A DNA stretch of 64,000 bases from Phallusia mammillata (lineage: Eukaryota), in NCBI GenBank assembly GCA_965637545.1, contig OZ281494.1:35092001-35156000 (forward strand), given 5' to 3'. The stretch's first letter is position 1, and each line of letters starts with the position of its first letter. The notes under the pieces were generated by a model that searched no databases, was not told the DNA's origin, and was given only the letters and a program-made list of their open reading frames with translations. Positions 1 to 12,900 of the stretch are shown piece by piece. The translations under genes and the position numbers were made by a program.

Positions 1-350
1 CCCCTTTTTGATGTCTGACACTGGTTTGTTCCAACCTTAACTAAAGGGTTAATTGCATGCTACCGATAACCTCGATAAAAGGTCATTGGACTTGGCTACC
101 ACATTTTTATAATGCCTGGGGAAGTTTTAACTTGTTTAAAACAGGCCTTGGACAACAATATTGAGATTAAGTCTAGAGATTGGGAGCATTTTTCCTGTTC
201 TTTTTTATTCCTTTTTTAGTATATATAACAAAACAATTATGTTAGTAGGTCAGATGGTGTATATAGTAGATTGTTAAACAAGATTTGAAAATATAAAATA
301 GCAGGTCTGTCGCTCTATTTAAATTACTAATTAAACTATTTTGTATAAAG

Positions 351-3289
351 CTATGAAGCAATCTGCAATTCTCTTGGAAAATTTACGGGTTTGTTGAAAG
401 AGACTGCAATCATCTTAGCAGTAAGCTCTTATGAAGAAAAAATTGTTTCAAAAATTGTTGCACATGTGTTTATTTGTGACAACAATGAGTCAACAAAATC
501 AACTGAAGATGTGAAATCCCTCAATTTACTTTACGAGAAGATTATTCTGCTGAGGTTAATAATAAAACTACTTCACATTGGAATAGTTTATTGTGCAAAA
601 TACAAACTTAAACTAATAATCAGTCACAGTAAACTGTACTATAATTATTAAACCAAATCTAGTGGGTATTATTCCTTTAATATTGTTTTTAAAAATGTCA
701 AGTGTGAATTTTGGCCTGAACTAATAAACAAATAACTAAATAACAAATTCTATAAATGCAGAAATCAAACACAAAATGTCCAGATTCAAGTTAGTGCTGA
801 GAACACAAAAGCAGAGCCCCCTAAATTTGATGCGACGCTGAGTATAAAAGATTCCTGGGAGTTTCTTCTGACAAGAACAGACAATGCAAACTGGAAACAA
901 GGAATTAATGTGGTTAATCTGGAGATCACGTTCAGCAGTCCAAATCAAAAAGATATCGTCAAGTCTGTGTTCCTTGAGAAACGTCATTTAAGTAAGTTTG
1001 ATTTTTTTTACAATTCTAATTAACAAACATCTGATGTTGTATTTAGTTTGTTTGTACTAGAAAGAAAGTTACAAAATGTTTGGTTCTTTATAGCAGCTGT
1101 TCCACTCTGACATTGCTTTACATGTGAGATTTGTTTACTTGATGTTAAAACAAAAACCTTAAAATGATGCCCGGATTGAAAAAACGTCCAGCAATATGTT
1201 GCAAACAATACAGTGCACGACAGCATGGCAGAAAGGTCAAGAGGTTCTTGTCTGCAGTGCTACCTCACAGCAAGTGGTGTCTGGAGATTAACACACACCA
1301 AATGTAAAATAAGAAACAAAACATAATTATGTGTGCCCTTCGTTGATCCTTCCAAAGTTTGACCCAGGATGACCTAGCGGTTCACCCACAGGCCCCCAAA
1401 ACGTGTTAAATTTTAACAACTACTGTACTTTCTAAAGTACATCATCCTGATTTAAACTGGCTAAACAGGCTTGGATTTTGCATATGTCAAGCAAAACTTT
1501 GTTGATGAAGTTAAAAAAATAAACTTGACTTTGTGAAAGTCGCATTAAATGGTCTTTAAATTATTGTTGTCAGTTTGGCCACTGCATGACCACGGATCAC
1601 TAAAGGTCAATTTGTAGGTATTATAAATTAGGCAAATTGGTATTGTTAAACACTAAGAACTGTGGGAGGTTACTACAGATCAATGGTACTCATTTTGCTA
1701 AACAAAGTTAAGTAAAAAACAAATTGTTATATATACCTTTGTAGCGATAGGCTTTTTAATTTATAGTGTCTTGAGTACAATTGTTAAGGATTTTTAGAAA
1801 TAAGTGTGTTTGACAGCAGATTCAAGATTTTTAGAACATTTGACAGTAGATTCATACAAACACGCAGGTGGGGACCCATTCGTTTTTTTTTTTTTTTTTC
1901 AAAAACAATCATATGTGTAGATCAAATGATGTATATAGCAAATTGGTATATATGATATAGAATATATAAATGGATGTGTATTAGAAAGCCACCTTTCTAG
2001 TTTTTGTTGTGTGTTATCCAGCTTCCTAAATGTGACCAAGTTTAAACAATCTTAAATTTGATTAACCATCACAGTTTGTAGAACATATTAATGTGGTGTG
2101 TCGAATATGACTTTTGCCCACCAAATTATTTACCCCCAATTACTTTAACCTGCTTTTGTATTCCAGGTGCTGCTACATCTAGAAAGCCGCCATCAGATGT
2201 TGACAAAGGTAAGATTTATTTTATATCTGTAAGTGTAACCAAAAATTAGTTAGGCTTAGCGGTAAACTGCTTGCAACTTGGATTGAAATTGTGTGGTGTT
2301 GTAAATAGTAAGTATCCAAAATTTGGGGTTGTATCGAAAATGCATTTAACACCTTTTTACACGATTTTTAGTAATTGGTTTGGGTTAAGAAAGCAAAATT
2401 CAGTATTTTATAGTTAGAAAACAGTGTAAAATTTAGGGGAAGCAACAATGGAAACCAATAAACCACCATTGCATGATGGTAAACAATCACTCCTCTAAAT
2501 TTGTGTTTACCATTATATTTTAACCAGACCAAAGTGTTGGAGATGAACAGGATATTGAAATGTGGGAAGCATCAGTTTCAGGAGCATCAGTGGTTGGGGC
2601 AAGGAATGTACATCAGACTTTTATTAGTAAGTACTTTACAAAAAAGTAATTACGAAAAAGAAATTGTTCCTTTTTCCTATATTTGTTAGTTTATTTTATC
2701 ATCCCAGCTAGTTTGTTAATGTGAAATGTGTGTGGGTTCACTGAAGGTCAACTGGGGTTAACTGGGGTCAAACTTTTATAAGTATCAACTTTTTGATTTT
2801 TGAAAATGTGTTTCGTGCATTTTACTTATTATTTTGGGATCTAAAAATGAGCATCCCCCAAGAAAGTGCTACTATTTAGCAAGTACATATGTGTGGGCAC
2901 CCATTATTATTTTCTACTTGCGAAAACAAATATATATATATTGGAAACCATTTAAATTTTGTTAACAAATAAATATCCAAAACAATGGTAATAAATAGTA
3001 GATGTGCAAAATCATTAAATATGTAAATAACAATACATAGGAAAGTCCCCTCTTGTAGTTACAATATGGTGCTAATATGGGCCATTACCTTAGCTGATTA
3101 GGTCTGTTGACACATGTTAAAATGGTGTTTGAGTATCAAAGTGTTGGTATAGGATTTTTACAGTAGGTGATTTATAACCTTTCTCTATCATTTTAATATA
3201 CCCACCAAAAATATTATGCATTCAATGTATATTTAAATATCTAATGTAGTTAACACAAAATTTTTACTGGTTCAGATTACAAACCATGA
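351..3289 (+). CDS. 3' part of an unidentified multi-exon gene; weak resemblance to ZU5-end/UPA region with a RHIM-like C-terminal tail
   Basis: Phase-consistent AG/GT exons 351-554, 762-991, 2167-2208, 2528-2626, 3276-3289 (TGA) give an open frame YEAICNSLGKFTGLLKETAIILAVSS...KIVAHVFICDNN...NQTQNVQIQV...SGASVVGARNVHQTFINYKP*. The 5' part lies outside the window. Domain identity is by eye only. Confidence 0.6.
1328..2000 (+). mobile_element. Degenerate non-autonomous Helentron/HINE-like element (same family as 37686-39179)
   Basis: Shares one repeat-unit block (GATCC..AAGTTTGACCC..GGTTCACCCACAGGCCCCCAAAA), the downstream GTCAAGCAAAAC/GCATGACC blocks, GGGGACCCAT (1870-1879) and the terminal GAAAGCCACC..CTAG (1997-2000)+T-run with the 37.7-39.2 kb copy. 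A further decayed piece lies at ~2730-2905. Confidence 0.65.
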
Positions 3290-6200
3290 AATCCTGTCTC
3301 AAGAAAAGGAACTCTTACTGGGAAAGCATGATGCAGTAAAACACCCCTCTAAAGTAATCTTGTCCTATTTTACAATTACTTTATTTTTTAAATAATGACA
3401 TGACTATGTCAGTGGTGGACCTTGATGACATGTCATTGTACTTTAAGATAAACAAGTTTTAACATTTGTAATTCATATTATTACTACTTGTACTACACAC
3501 TTGTAATAAGAAACTTGGGTAACTCTGAGAACTGAGATGAATTTGTTTTAAATTGTGTAACTATTCAATTTAACAGAAACACAAACCAACTTCAGAAACC
3601 TAAGTTCATTAAACAATAAGTAAACAGCCTGGATTTGTTGCATTGGTTTTTATATTAATGATTTGTGTTTGTTTTGCAGAATTGAATCACTTTTCTTAAA
3701 TCCTAGTTGCAGATTTTTGAGTAAACACTTTGGATGTAAATTGAGTTTTTCTCGGATTTTCACACTTCCGCCATCTATTATTTATTTTTTCCTCTGTACT
3801 TCTGTAAATTCATTTCTTTTATTATTGTAGTTTCTTCAGTTTCTTCAAGTTATTAGTTTTCCTTTTTTTACAATTTATTCTTTTTTAATATTTTGCTCAC
3901 CTGTTATGTATTGTGGACACTGTGAGAAATATTTTGTATGATAGCGTTGACATACAGTTGTGCCAAGTGCAATAAATTGATGTCTATTAGATGTCAATTA
4001 CGTGCCTACTATATTAAGTTGAGCTATATGTTCTTTTTCAATTGTTAACTAGACATAAAGGTTGTAAGGTTTTACTTCCATTTTTGGCCTATCAAGTTGA
4101 TCGGACTGTCTGGATTTTGTGACTGCTGAAGTAAAAATTGTTTAGTAATCAACTTGCCCACCTTTTCCAGTTTACAGCAGACCCAATATGATGATTTTTT
4201 TGTCTGATATTTAAGCCAACTTTGAAAAGTTTGGTTAGGAAAAACCATTAATATCTGCATGTTTGGATAGTTTGTTCAACTTTTAACACCTGGGTTATGA
4301 AGGCAATAATCAGTTAATCTAATACATCCGATAACACGTCCGGGTTAAAGCAAAGAACAGGCTGGTAAAGTGAAATAATTTTGTGCCTCCTGTTGGCAAC
4401 GAAACGTCGCAAGTCGTTATAGCACCACCACGTGAATAAAACAAACTCGTGTTAATACGCAAGTGGGCGCAACGAAACCACAGAGGTTATGCATTCATTG
4501 TGAGAAGTTTTTAGGTTGGCTGGCATGATGTCGTATGTTTTATAACAGCACAAAGTGGTAAAAATGTCATACAAAATTCCAGTAGGTTTAAAAAAGTGTG
4601 AAAGATGCAAGAGGTACTTTGCAGTTGACTCACTCAACAAGTAAAAAACATGCTTTTGTGACTGTAGGTCCGTATTAAAGAAACATTTTGTTTACGCTGC
4701 GAGCGTTGTCTTGAGGGCAAAGGCGCAAATCCGTTGCAAATATTGGGCGGAACCCCTCTGGTTATGAAACTTGTAAAAAAATAACCTTGGTAACGTCACA
4801 TAAAGTGGTAAAATCATGAAAACATTATAATATGCATTCTAACATTATAATGTATGTAAAAAAAAAATTGCAAACGGGTTGCTTTTCCACGTAAGGGCAG
4901 CAAAGCACCGCGTCCCTAAGCACACAACAAAAACCTCTAGCAAGTTACGCCACCTTTTACAAAAAAATTCAGACTCTGCATTATTTCGTGGCAAGGCATA
5001 GTTGACTATTTTACCATGTTTTTTATGCTACAACTCGCCATTCTGAAATTAGAAACTTTTACCCATTCAAATAAACATTTATAAACGTACCAGATCCAAA
5101 ATTAAGATAAGGCAGAAGAAAATACCCTGTGTGTTTCCACGGACAAATTGATATAGGTTATGGCGTCATTTTCAAGGTCTGGCTAATTTCTATTCGATAA
5201 TAAATATATATTTTTAACCTGTTTAACGTGTATACTTGTTAGGAATAAATAGAGTGATAACTTTTAAAGGCTCGATTTGTGGCCGTGCAACTGTGTATTA
5301 AGGCGCTGTAAGCAAACTGTTGTGGATCAAACAGATAATGTGTCGCCCAACCAACGCTCCGTCGCCTCTCAACGCTAAAGTAAATTAACTCGCAGAATAG
5401 ACTCGTTAATTGATCTGCTGACGCATCAAACAACACTCGAGCGACTGCCGCCATTTTTACTCAGAATCGGGCGGTTTTCAAAACGTATCGGATGGCTAAT
5501 TGACGCCGCCAAAGGGAAAAAAGTGAAAAGAACGCTTAAAAGATGCTGTGAGGCCAAACGAGCGGTGACTGCGTACACTTTAGCCCTTCTTGCGACACAA
5601 AACATCGGGTAATTGTATCTGCTTTGTATGCCGGCCGCATGCGACTGTTGTGAAAACATGAAAGTGTTTATTACGCGTCAGATCTGGTGACGGATTTTGG
5701 GTTCGAGTAAATTTGATTTTTCGGTCTGTGCGATTTTTTTTATTTGCGACCAATTCCATTAGCTAAAGCAGAGACGTTTTTCCATAGGAACTGGAAAGTT
5801 AAAATCTGCGCCGTGCATCCGTAAAGGCTTTGTTTCTTATTTGTGTGGTGCAGCGGCGCTAATATACTTGTTAACAAAACAAAATGATCTCTACTTAACC
5901 CCCAAAAATGTTTGTCCCGCTTGTTAGACATGTTTAAAAAAACAAATTTCGGTATTTATAATGATTCTAGCAACTTGTATTTCAATAAACCACAGGGAAT
6001 AAATCTATCACTTCAAACAGTAAAAATATGCATTTGAGACCATAAAGATCCCCGGGGAAAAAAACGCGGTCACAACAACTAAACAATGGCGCTTGAGGTA
6101 TTCTTCGGTGCAAAATGTCACGAGTTTGCGCGCCAAACACACTTCTTGAGTACAGATATCATGTCAACTATGTTTTTGACGTATTTTATTTGTCCTTTGA

Positions 6201-8439
6201 AGTACAAAACCGTTAATAACAAAACAATAAAACATATTTAACATTGATGCAAGGCTCTATAAAACGTATCTTGGTTGCCAAAATGTTAACCACAGCTGTT
6301 TTTTGTCTTATGGGAGTTTGCAATAAATGAAGACCACAGAATTTTAAGGTTTGTATTTTGAACAATTTATTTTGTGACCTCTGTGACAGAGGTTTTAGAA
6401 TTAGTTTAAAAAACGTTTAAAACTTAGCGGTACTAAAATTCGTAGACGTCGTGGGAACAAACCATCAGCCACCTGACAGTTGCAAATGAGATGAATAGCA
6501 AACCGGACGTTTGGCTTTCATTAAACGCTCAAAACAACAACCAGAGAGACAACCTTAGCTTCCAGCAACTGGTCTTTGCTTCGACAGTCAAAGGGTTCGT
6601 TGTGCCTTCCGAAAAAAACATGTTCGACTGGAAGCTTGAAAGGCCTCGCATCAATGATCGGCGATCCACAATAAAAGTGGAACATGAAATTCGGCACTGG
6701 AACAACATTCTTGCCGATTCTGCCCAGAGACTAACACGCCAGCGTCACAAAAGCGCGATTCTTCGTCCGACATGAGTAGATAGTCGGTTTGAAAATACAC
6801 GAAATTCTAGAACGGACGCGAAACAGTCTCGCGGAATGAAGGGGGCGGCAAGGTGATGCGTTTTTGTGTCGCGCGATCGTTGAAAAGGAGCGAGAGCTGT
6901 TTACACGAAGTCTGATGCTGTTGAATTCCATTTGGTCGATGTTAAACACAAGCAAACTGTGATCGGACTTGTGTAAAATCTGGTGCTTGCAATCCGGTTA
7001 ACCGCTGTTAGGTTAAGCTACACGCGTCCTACACATGTACGCTCCCTTTGTGCAGTGGAAAAAACATAACTTAACACAACTTAAACATTGCTACTACACA
7101 GAAAGCCATGTAAGAGTCGCGTGACATTATTGCGGTTGCCAGAAGTGGGATTTTCTAATTGTTTTGGGGAATTTTATTTCTAAACGCACAAAATAATACG
7201 TTTTTTGAAGGTCATAGTAATTGAGCATTTTTTGAGGTTGCTTGCCAATTTTTGAAAATTGTTTGTAAATAAAATTAAAATTGTTTAAACACCCAATGGC
7301 ATGTGCATATTATGACAAATAGCTTTTTTAAACCAGTGCTTGTCTTTATTCTATTATTGCTTTACGCGTTAATAACGGCCATCACTTCACCGCGGGTTTA
7401 ATGTACAGTTATTTTGTTGTTTATGCGGCATAGGCTTTTATCCTAATCAAAGTCTTACCAAATTACGTGTTTGTTCCAGAAAGAGCGTACAAATAAACGT
7501 ATTGTTTAAATTTACGTCACAGCTAAAACGAGGGAATTAAGATATCGGACGCCATTTTTGCTATATTAGTCTCGAATCAGTGCAAGGCGTTGGCTCCTGA
7601 CGTCAGAACGTGGGTAAGTTAATAAATTCAACATCTGACAAGTTCCATCGTGAAATGCCACACACGCGTACGAACTTGTGCGTTGAAGGTCGATCTCATA
7701 ACTCGTAACGAATTTGCTGTAAAACTCCAAAACGAGGAATGGCAGAAGCAATGACTACGGTTTAACCTTTACAACAGAGGTAATTTCCGAATACAAGTTA
7801 CCTGTGTTTATATAACGAACGCTTTGACATTTTATGGACTTTATTTAGACTGATCGCTTAATGCCTTTTACAGTTTCTCGTGTGTTAACTCTTCAATAAT
7901 TTCTTAAATCTGCCGGAGTAAGATAATGTCAAGATTTTTTTGCAATCTTGATATGATGATGATTCATTCAGACTTTGTCACCTTTATTCACGCCAAGATA
8001 AACAACAATTCGCTCTAATCAGCTCAGCGAGCGAATACAGTTCAGAAATACTTGGTAATTAAATTAATGCAAACTGGTAATGCAAACAAAGTTTGGGATG
8101 CAAATTGCTACGTAATAATAGTTAAGTTTTGTTATTGAAAGTTCGACGCAAAATTAGAAAATCGATGTCAAACGAAACGTGCGCCGTTTAACGGATCGTC
8201 GCGTATTTAATGTGCGGCGCCGCAGCCAGCAATGCAATATCACGCCCATTACAATACTACGTTATGTGAACACTTTAATGTCGTTATTTTTATTAATTTC
8301 TAACTTTGCACTTTAACTTGCCAATATTTTTCTGTTTTTTTGCCAGCTGATATCCATAGTAAGCAGAAGCTGACATGTTTGTGCGTGTAGTATGGATTTT
8401 AAAACTATTGTAAGACAAACAACTGAATACAAGAAATGT

Positions 8440-8540
8440 ATTGTTTCAATTGGTACTTTATTGCAAACACGCAAATCGTGCCATAAAAAATCACCTCAAG
8501 TGCCGACTTCGGCACGCGTGCCAGGCGCTGCCGACCCCTG
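8440..8540. mobile_element. 3' fragment of a hAT (Charlie/Buster-type) MITE
   Basis: Ends ...GGCACGCGTGCCAGGCGCTGCCGACCCCTG (8540); similar to the 3' part of the 36403-36713 MITE; no 5' TIR found. Confidence 0.55.
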
Positions 8541-8583
8541 ATCTATATGTATGGAGTGTAGCAGGATTAATAAAAGGTTGAGC

Positions 8584-8883
8584 TGCCGTATTTATTCGAT
8601 TGTAAGCCGCATTTTGTGATGTTAGGTACTATTGTTTGATAACACTTCTTTATAATGCTACATAGTACAACTATTTGTCAACAACTGTTAGTCACGCAAA
8701 TAATTCTATCAAAACGTACGTTGACGTGTAAAGGCAAATATATACGTAAAATAATTTCGAACGCAAAATCAATCAAAAACTACGGGTGTAGAAATAATAT
8801 CGGTATGACATAAAATGTAAGCCGCACAAACGGTAGGGTTACAAACTTTATAAGCCGCGGCCTACAATCGAATAAATACGGCA
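8584..8883. mobile_element. Tc1/mariner (Tc2-like) MITE, ~300 bp
   Basis: Terminal inverted repeats TGCCGTATTTATTCGATTGTAAGCCGC ... GCGGCCTACAATCGAATAAATACGGCA; CCGTATTT termini are typical of Tc2-type elements; no ORF; TA TSD not clean. Confidence 0.7.
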
Positions 8884-11800
8884 CAGTACACAAAAATGAA
8901 CAATTCCAACGGAAATGCCAAATCGCTTCGTTTCAAATTAACTATTTATGGTTGTTTTTGGAAGTGCACATTAATATCGTGATTCCTGATACCTTGGAGA
9001 AAGATTCATTTACTTCCCGATCGTGTAAATTAAAGCGGATTAGCCTGGATTTGAACCCGCATCCTCACGATTTATAACATCATAGTTTGGGGCATTTTAA
9101 ACGTGACCCGTACAACAATTTCAACATTGTCTTAAAAACGGGAAGGAAGTTTCTAATAAGTTGAAAAATTTGTTTGTAAATCCGAAAAAGATAAAACGGC
9201 GCGCGATGCGTGCTCTTGAGCTCCCTTAAGTGGTAGACTTAACAAAAGCAGAAATGCATTCATCGCTTATTCGTAACCCTTTGTAAACTTTACAAGCGTA
9301 TTTGTTTGTTTCGATTAACTTTGATATGAGTTTTACCATTATAAGTTTTAATAACTTACCTAACAGTCACTTGTAGGCTATGGAAGATATCTGCTGTAGC
9401 ACATTTTACATTTTTGTCGCTTTAAGTACCTGCAAAAATAAACACAATAAGTTACTTAACTAAATTAAATGTAGGAAAAAATAAACACATTTGATTCATA
9501 TAATGAAAAAAAAGAAAAGTATGTACACTCTTGTAAGCTTTTATATTTTATTCAAAAGTGATAACGAACACACGAGCAATGACCTGCAGCTTATGTTGCA
9601 CATTGCGACATGTGGTGAGATCATGATTTTAATTTTGTCCATAATCTGGTTTCAAAACAAACATATCGATGGCTTTATAAGGCGTTGCTGAACCGAAACA
9701 ATCAAACAGTAGGACGAACATTTGTTTTCCCAAGCATCTTACCGGTTTTATCACAAATCGCAACTTAACCAACTGATTTAATCCGGTGTAGTTTGCATAT
9801 ATGACGCAATTAAACGAGACTCGAATTGTTTGTTATGCTTAACACTTAATCTTAGGTCAATTGCTGCAGAATTTAATGCAGAACAAACTTTGGAACAGTG
9901 CAGTGTCGTGATCTTAAAATAGTTTAAACTTTTTTGATATGAAACTTTGGATTGGGGAATAAATTTATGTGTAACATTTTTTCTGTAAAGTTTGGCACTA
10001 TGAGAGGCACTAGCTTTTTTTCGTTATAGCGGATTCTTTCAGCTATACGCAAGTCTGTAAACCCTACTCATCATTTCTCGGTACTGTATTTGAAAACTTT
10101 CAAAGTACAGTATTTCTATGAATATTTAGCTTTTTCTGGTTTCTTGAATCTCTCCGACCTTTGGTGTACGCGAACCCAAGTTTGGGAAACACTGCAGTAA
10201 AGCAATTGTTGGCGCGTACTGTTAAGGGTAGAGCTACGAAAGTGAGAACTTACAACGAACAAGGTTTGCGTAATACCGATAGATGGCGCAAAGAGAAATA
10301 CGAAATATTTAAAAAAGCAAAACCGTTTGAAAATGCTGACGGTTAGGGTATATTAGGTTAAGGTATTTTAGTAAAAATGAAACAAATTTGAAAACGTAGT
10401 TTATAACTTGTAATTTGGTTTATTACCCCGAAATAACTGTGCTCTTTATGCTATCTATTGGAATTTAGCAAACTTCAGTGATTTGAGTTCTCACGTTAGT
10501 AGCTTCCCCCTGTTGCGAGTTACAATGCGCAAAGAATATTTCAGTAAATATGACATTAGTTTTATTGTTTATTCCGCTGGAACAGTAAGTTTCTCCTTAA
10601 TGACGACATTGTTTTTTTTTAAATCCAGTTTGTCTTTGGTTTTTGATTAGATACTGAAACTGTTGTTTTTATCACTAAGAGGTTCTGATCGAAAGCACAT
10701 AAACTTCCCAGAAAAGTGCCGATGTGCACTGTTTTCTAGGCAATCGCTGCACCTTTGTAACCTCTAGCAAGATGCAATTGCACCTTTGCCCGTGTTTACG
10801 ATTTGAAGTCACGTTTCGGGTTTGTGGGGCCACGGGAAAGACTAGATAGTCGGGTTGTGTTTACTTTCAGGCACAGCAAGCGTGAATGTTTACGCAGACG
10901 ACTAAGTTTCTCGCACATCAACAAACCCGGCGGGAGCGGTCAAAACACAAACACATCAAGACGGTCTGATTTAGCTTGGAATAAAGGTCTTTACGTAACG
11001 CTTGTCGTTGGAGATGAGATTGGCTCGGTGATAGAACACGTTTTAGGCAATTGCATCACGTACTTCGGTCCGCCGTTGAAACAGAGCTATTGTTTCTGTA
11101 GCTGGATCAGGAGCTTGTGGAAAGTAAAACTTCCGAAACGTGAGACTTATGGGCCTGATTTTGGTTGTTTCGCGGAACCCGGGGGTTCCTACCACCTGGT
11201 GGTGTTTAGTTAAGGGGTGCGACGCGTTAAAGGCGGCATCAGATTTTACGACTGCTTTTAGACTAAGTTGTTTTCCAACATCCGCTTGAAAAACAGTTTT
11301 TTTAGTTTTAACTTTTGTGTTTTTCTCTGAAAAAGTCTTATTTAAAATTAGGCATCTATTTTTGGCAGTATGGATTGTAAACTATTTCATTTAGTTATGC
11401 TTGCTTTATGTCGATTTACATTTTCTTGATTTTTAATAATTGTTTGTAAAGCTTAATTTTTTTAAAAAATACCTCTAAAAATATGAGAGAAAACAACCAA
11501 ATGTGTGAAACAAGAAGCCTATCCGACGAAATTTAAAAATAATTTTAGGGGTAAATCGCCAAACAATCAAAATAATAAGTTACATTGAAGAATAAATGTT
11601 TTTATCTTTGTTTCAATTAATCGTAAATAACTTCCATTGAGCAATAATTAAACCTTTTAAAGATCAAGGTTAGGTTAAGTTCACGCTTCAATTACATCAC
11701 CCTGAAAGAATTACCGATTGTTTCTGATGAATACGGATCGTGCAATAAAAGTGCTTAGTCATCGCGTCGTTTGCAAGAGATTTAAAGGAAAGTGCGTGAA

Positions 11801-12859
11801 GTTTTTAGTTAATTTAAACTTCTATGCAGGCAAACATTTAACAAAACCAGTGATTTTTACAAGTAGACGATATTCCCTTTAACGCCATAAAATAAACAGA
11901 ATTAAATAAATGTATGATTTTGTCAAAATGTTGTTGATTTTACCAAAATATGCATTGTTTGTTCAGACAACAGTCCTAAAAATACAACATTTCACCTTCA
12001 TAGTTAAATTTTTTTCTATGAACAAGACATCCTAAATATTTTTGGGCTTCATTTTGAAAACAATATTAACTTACAAAAGAAATTGTCAAACCACCGGACA
12101 TTGTTTTACTTTCAAATACTTTTAAAGCGATTTGAAACAAATCTTGGAAAGCAAGCTTTACCACAAAAATGGCAAGTTAAATTTCGAACCGTTGACTTTA
12201 GTTTTGCTTTAAAAAGTTGGTAACGAAGGAGTTAGAACTGATTAGGTTGGAAATTTGATTCAAACCAAAACAATTCCCTGCATGAAATGTCAAACCTGCT
12301 TTGTCATCTTTTGCAGGAAGAGATAGCGTCAAATAGGTGTCATGGGGTTTGGTTGTTTATATATTAAAGAGGTCGCTGTGATGGCGATGGAAATAATCTG
12401 TCAATCAAAATAAGGTGGGGCCTATAAATAATATTACACCATCGCTATTTTTGACTTTGACAAATGGAAATTTAATCTGCAAATGATTTACCTTGATAAA
12501 AATTGTATTGGTTTAATTATTAAAAGCGTTTAATTTGAAATGAAAATGGCAAAATAGCGCACTCCGACACTTTCCGTCGCATAAACAAACGAGGAAGGCT
12601 GAACAGTAAATGTTTTTTGCTTTTTTCTCATAATATTTCTCACGATTTAATAAAATGTTTACAACATTTCTACGTAAAAAGCGGGCAAAAATATCTTTAA
12701 CGTTTTTGCACAGTGAAAAAGTGATGCCAGCCTACTCAAACTAAAGATGCTTTGAGAGGGGATTTCAACTATGATTCACGCCACATCATGCAAGTAATTA
12801 GACTCACGATATAAAAACCGTCACATCCATCTATATCAAATAGACAGAACCAAAACAAA

Positions 12860-12900
12860 TAAGCTGGAGTCAAGGGTTCGAATCCCACCATAAGTTTTTT
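12860..12900 (+). repeat. tRNA-derived SINE-like fragment (B-box)
   Basis: GGTTCGAATCC at 12875-12885 followed by CACCA and a T6 run; no full cloverleaf. Weaker B-box-like pieces at ~9040-9075 (-) and 13572-13582 (+). Confidence 0.3.

Noticed and set aside
11174-11203. Adjacent hairpins GGAACCC/GGGTTCC and ACCACC/GGTGGT as a terminator or Helitron end
   Set aside because: No following T-run or CTRR terminus; resembles an internal MITE remnant.
10803-11213. 136-aa ORF as a coding gene
   Set aside because: Non-ATG start, no recognisable domain, no linked exons in frame.
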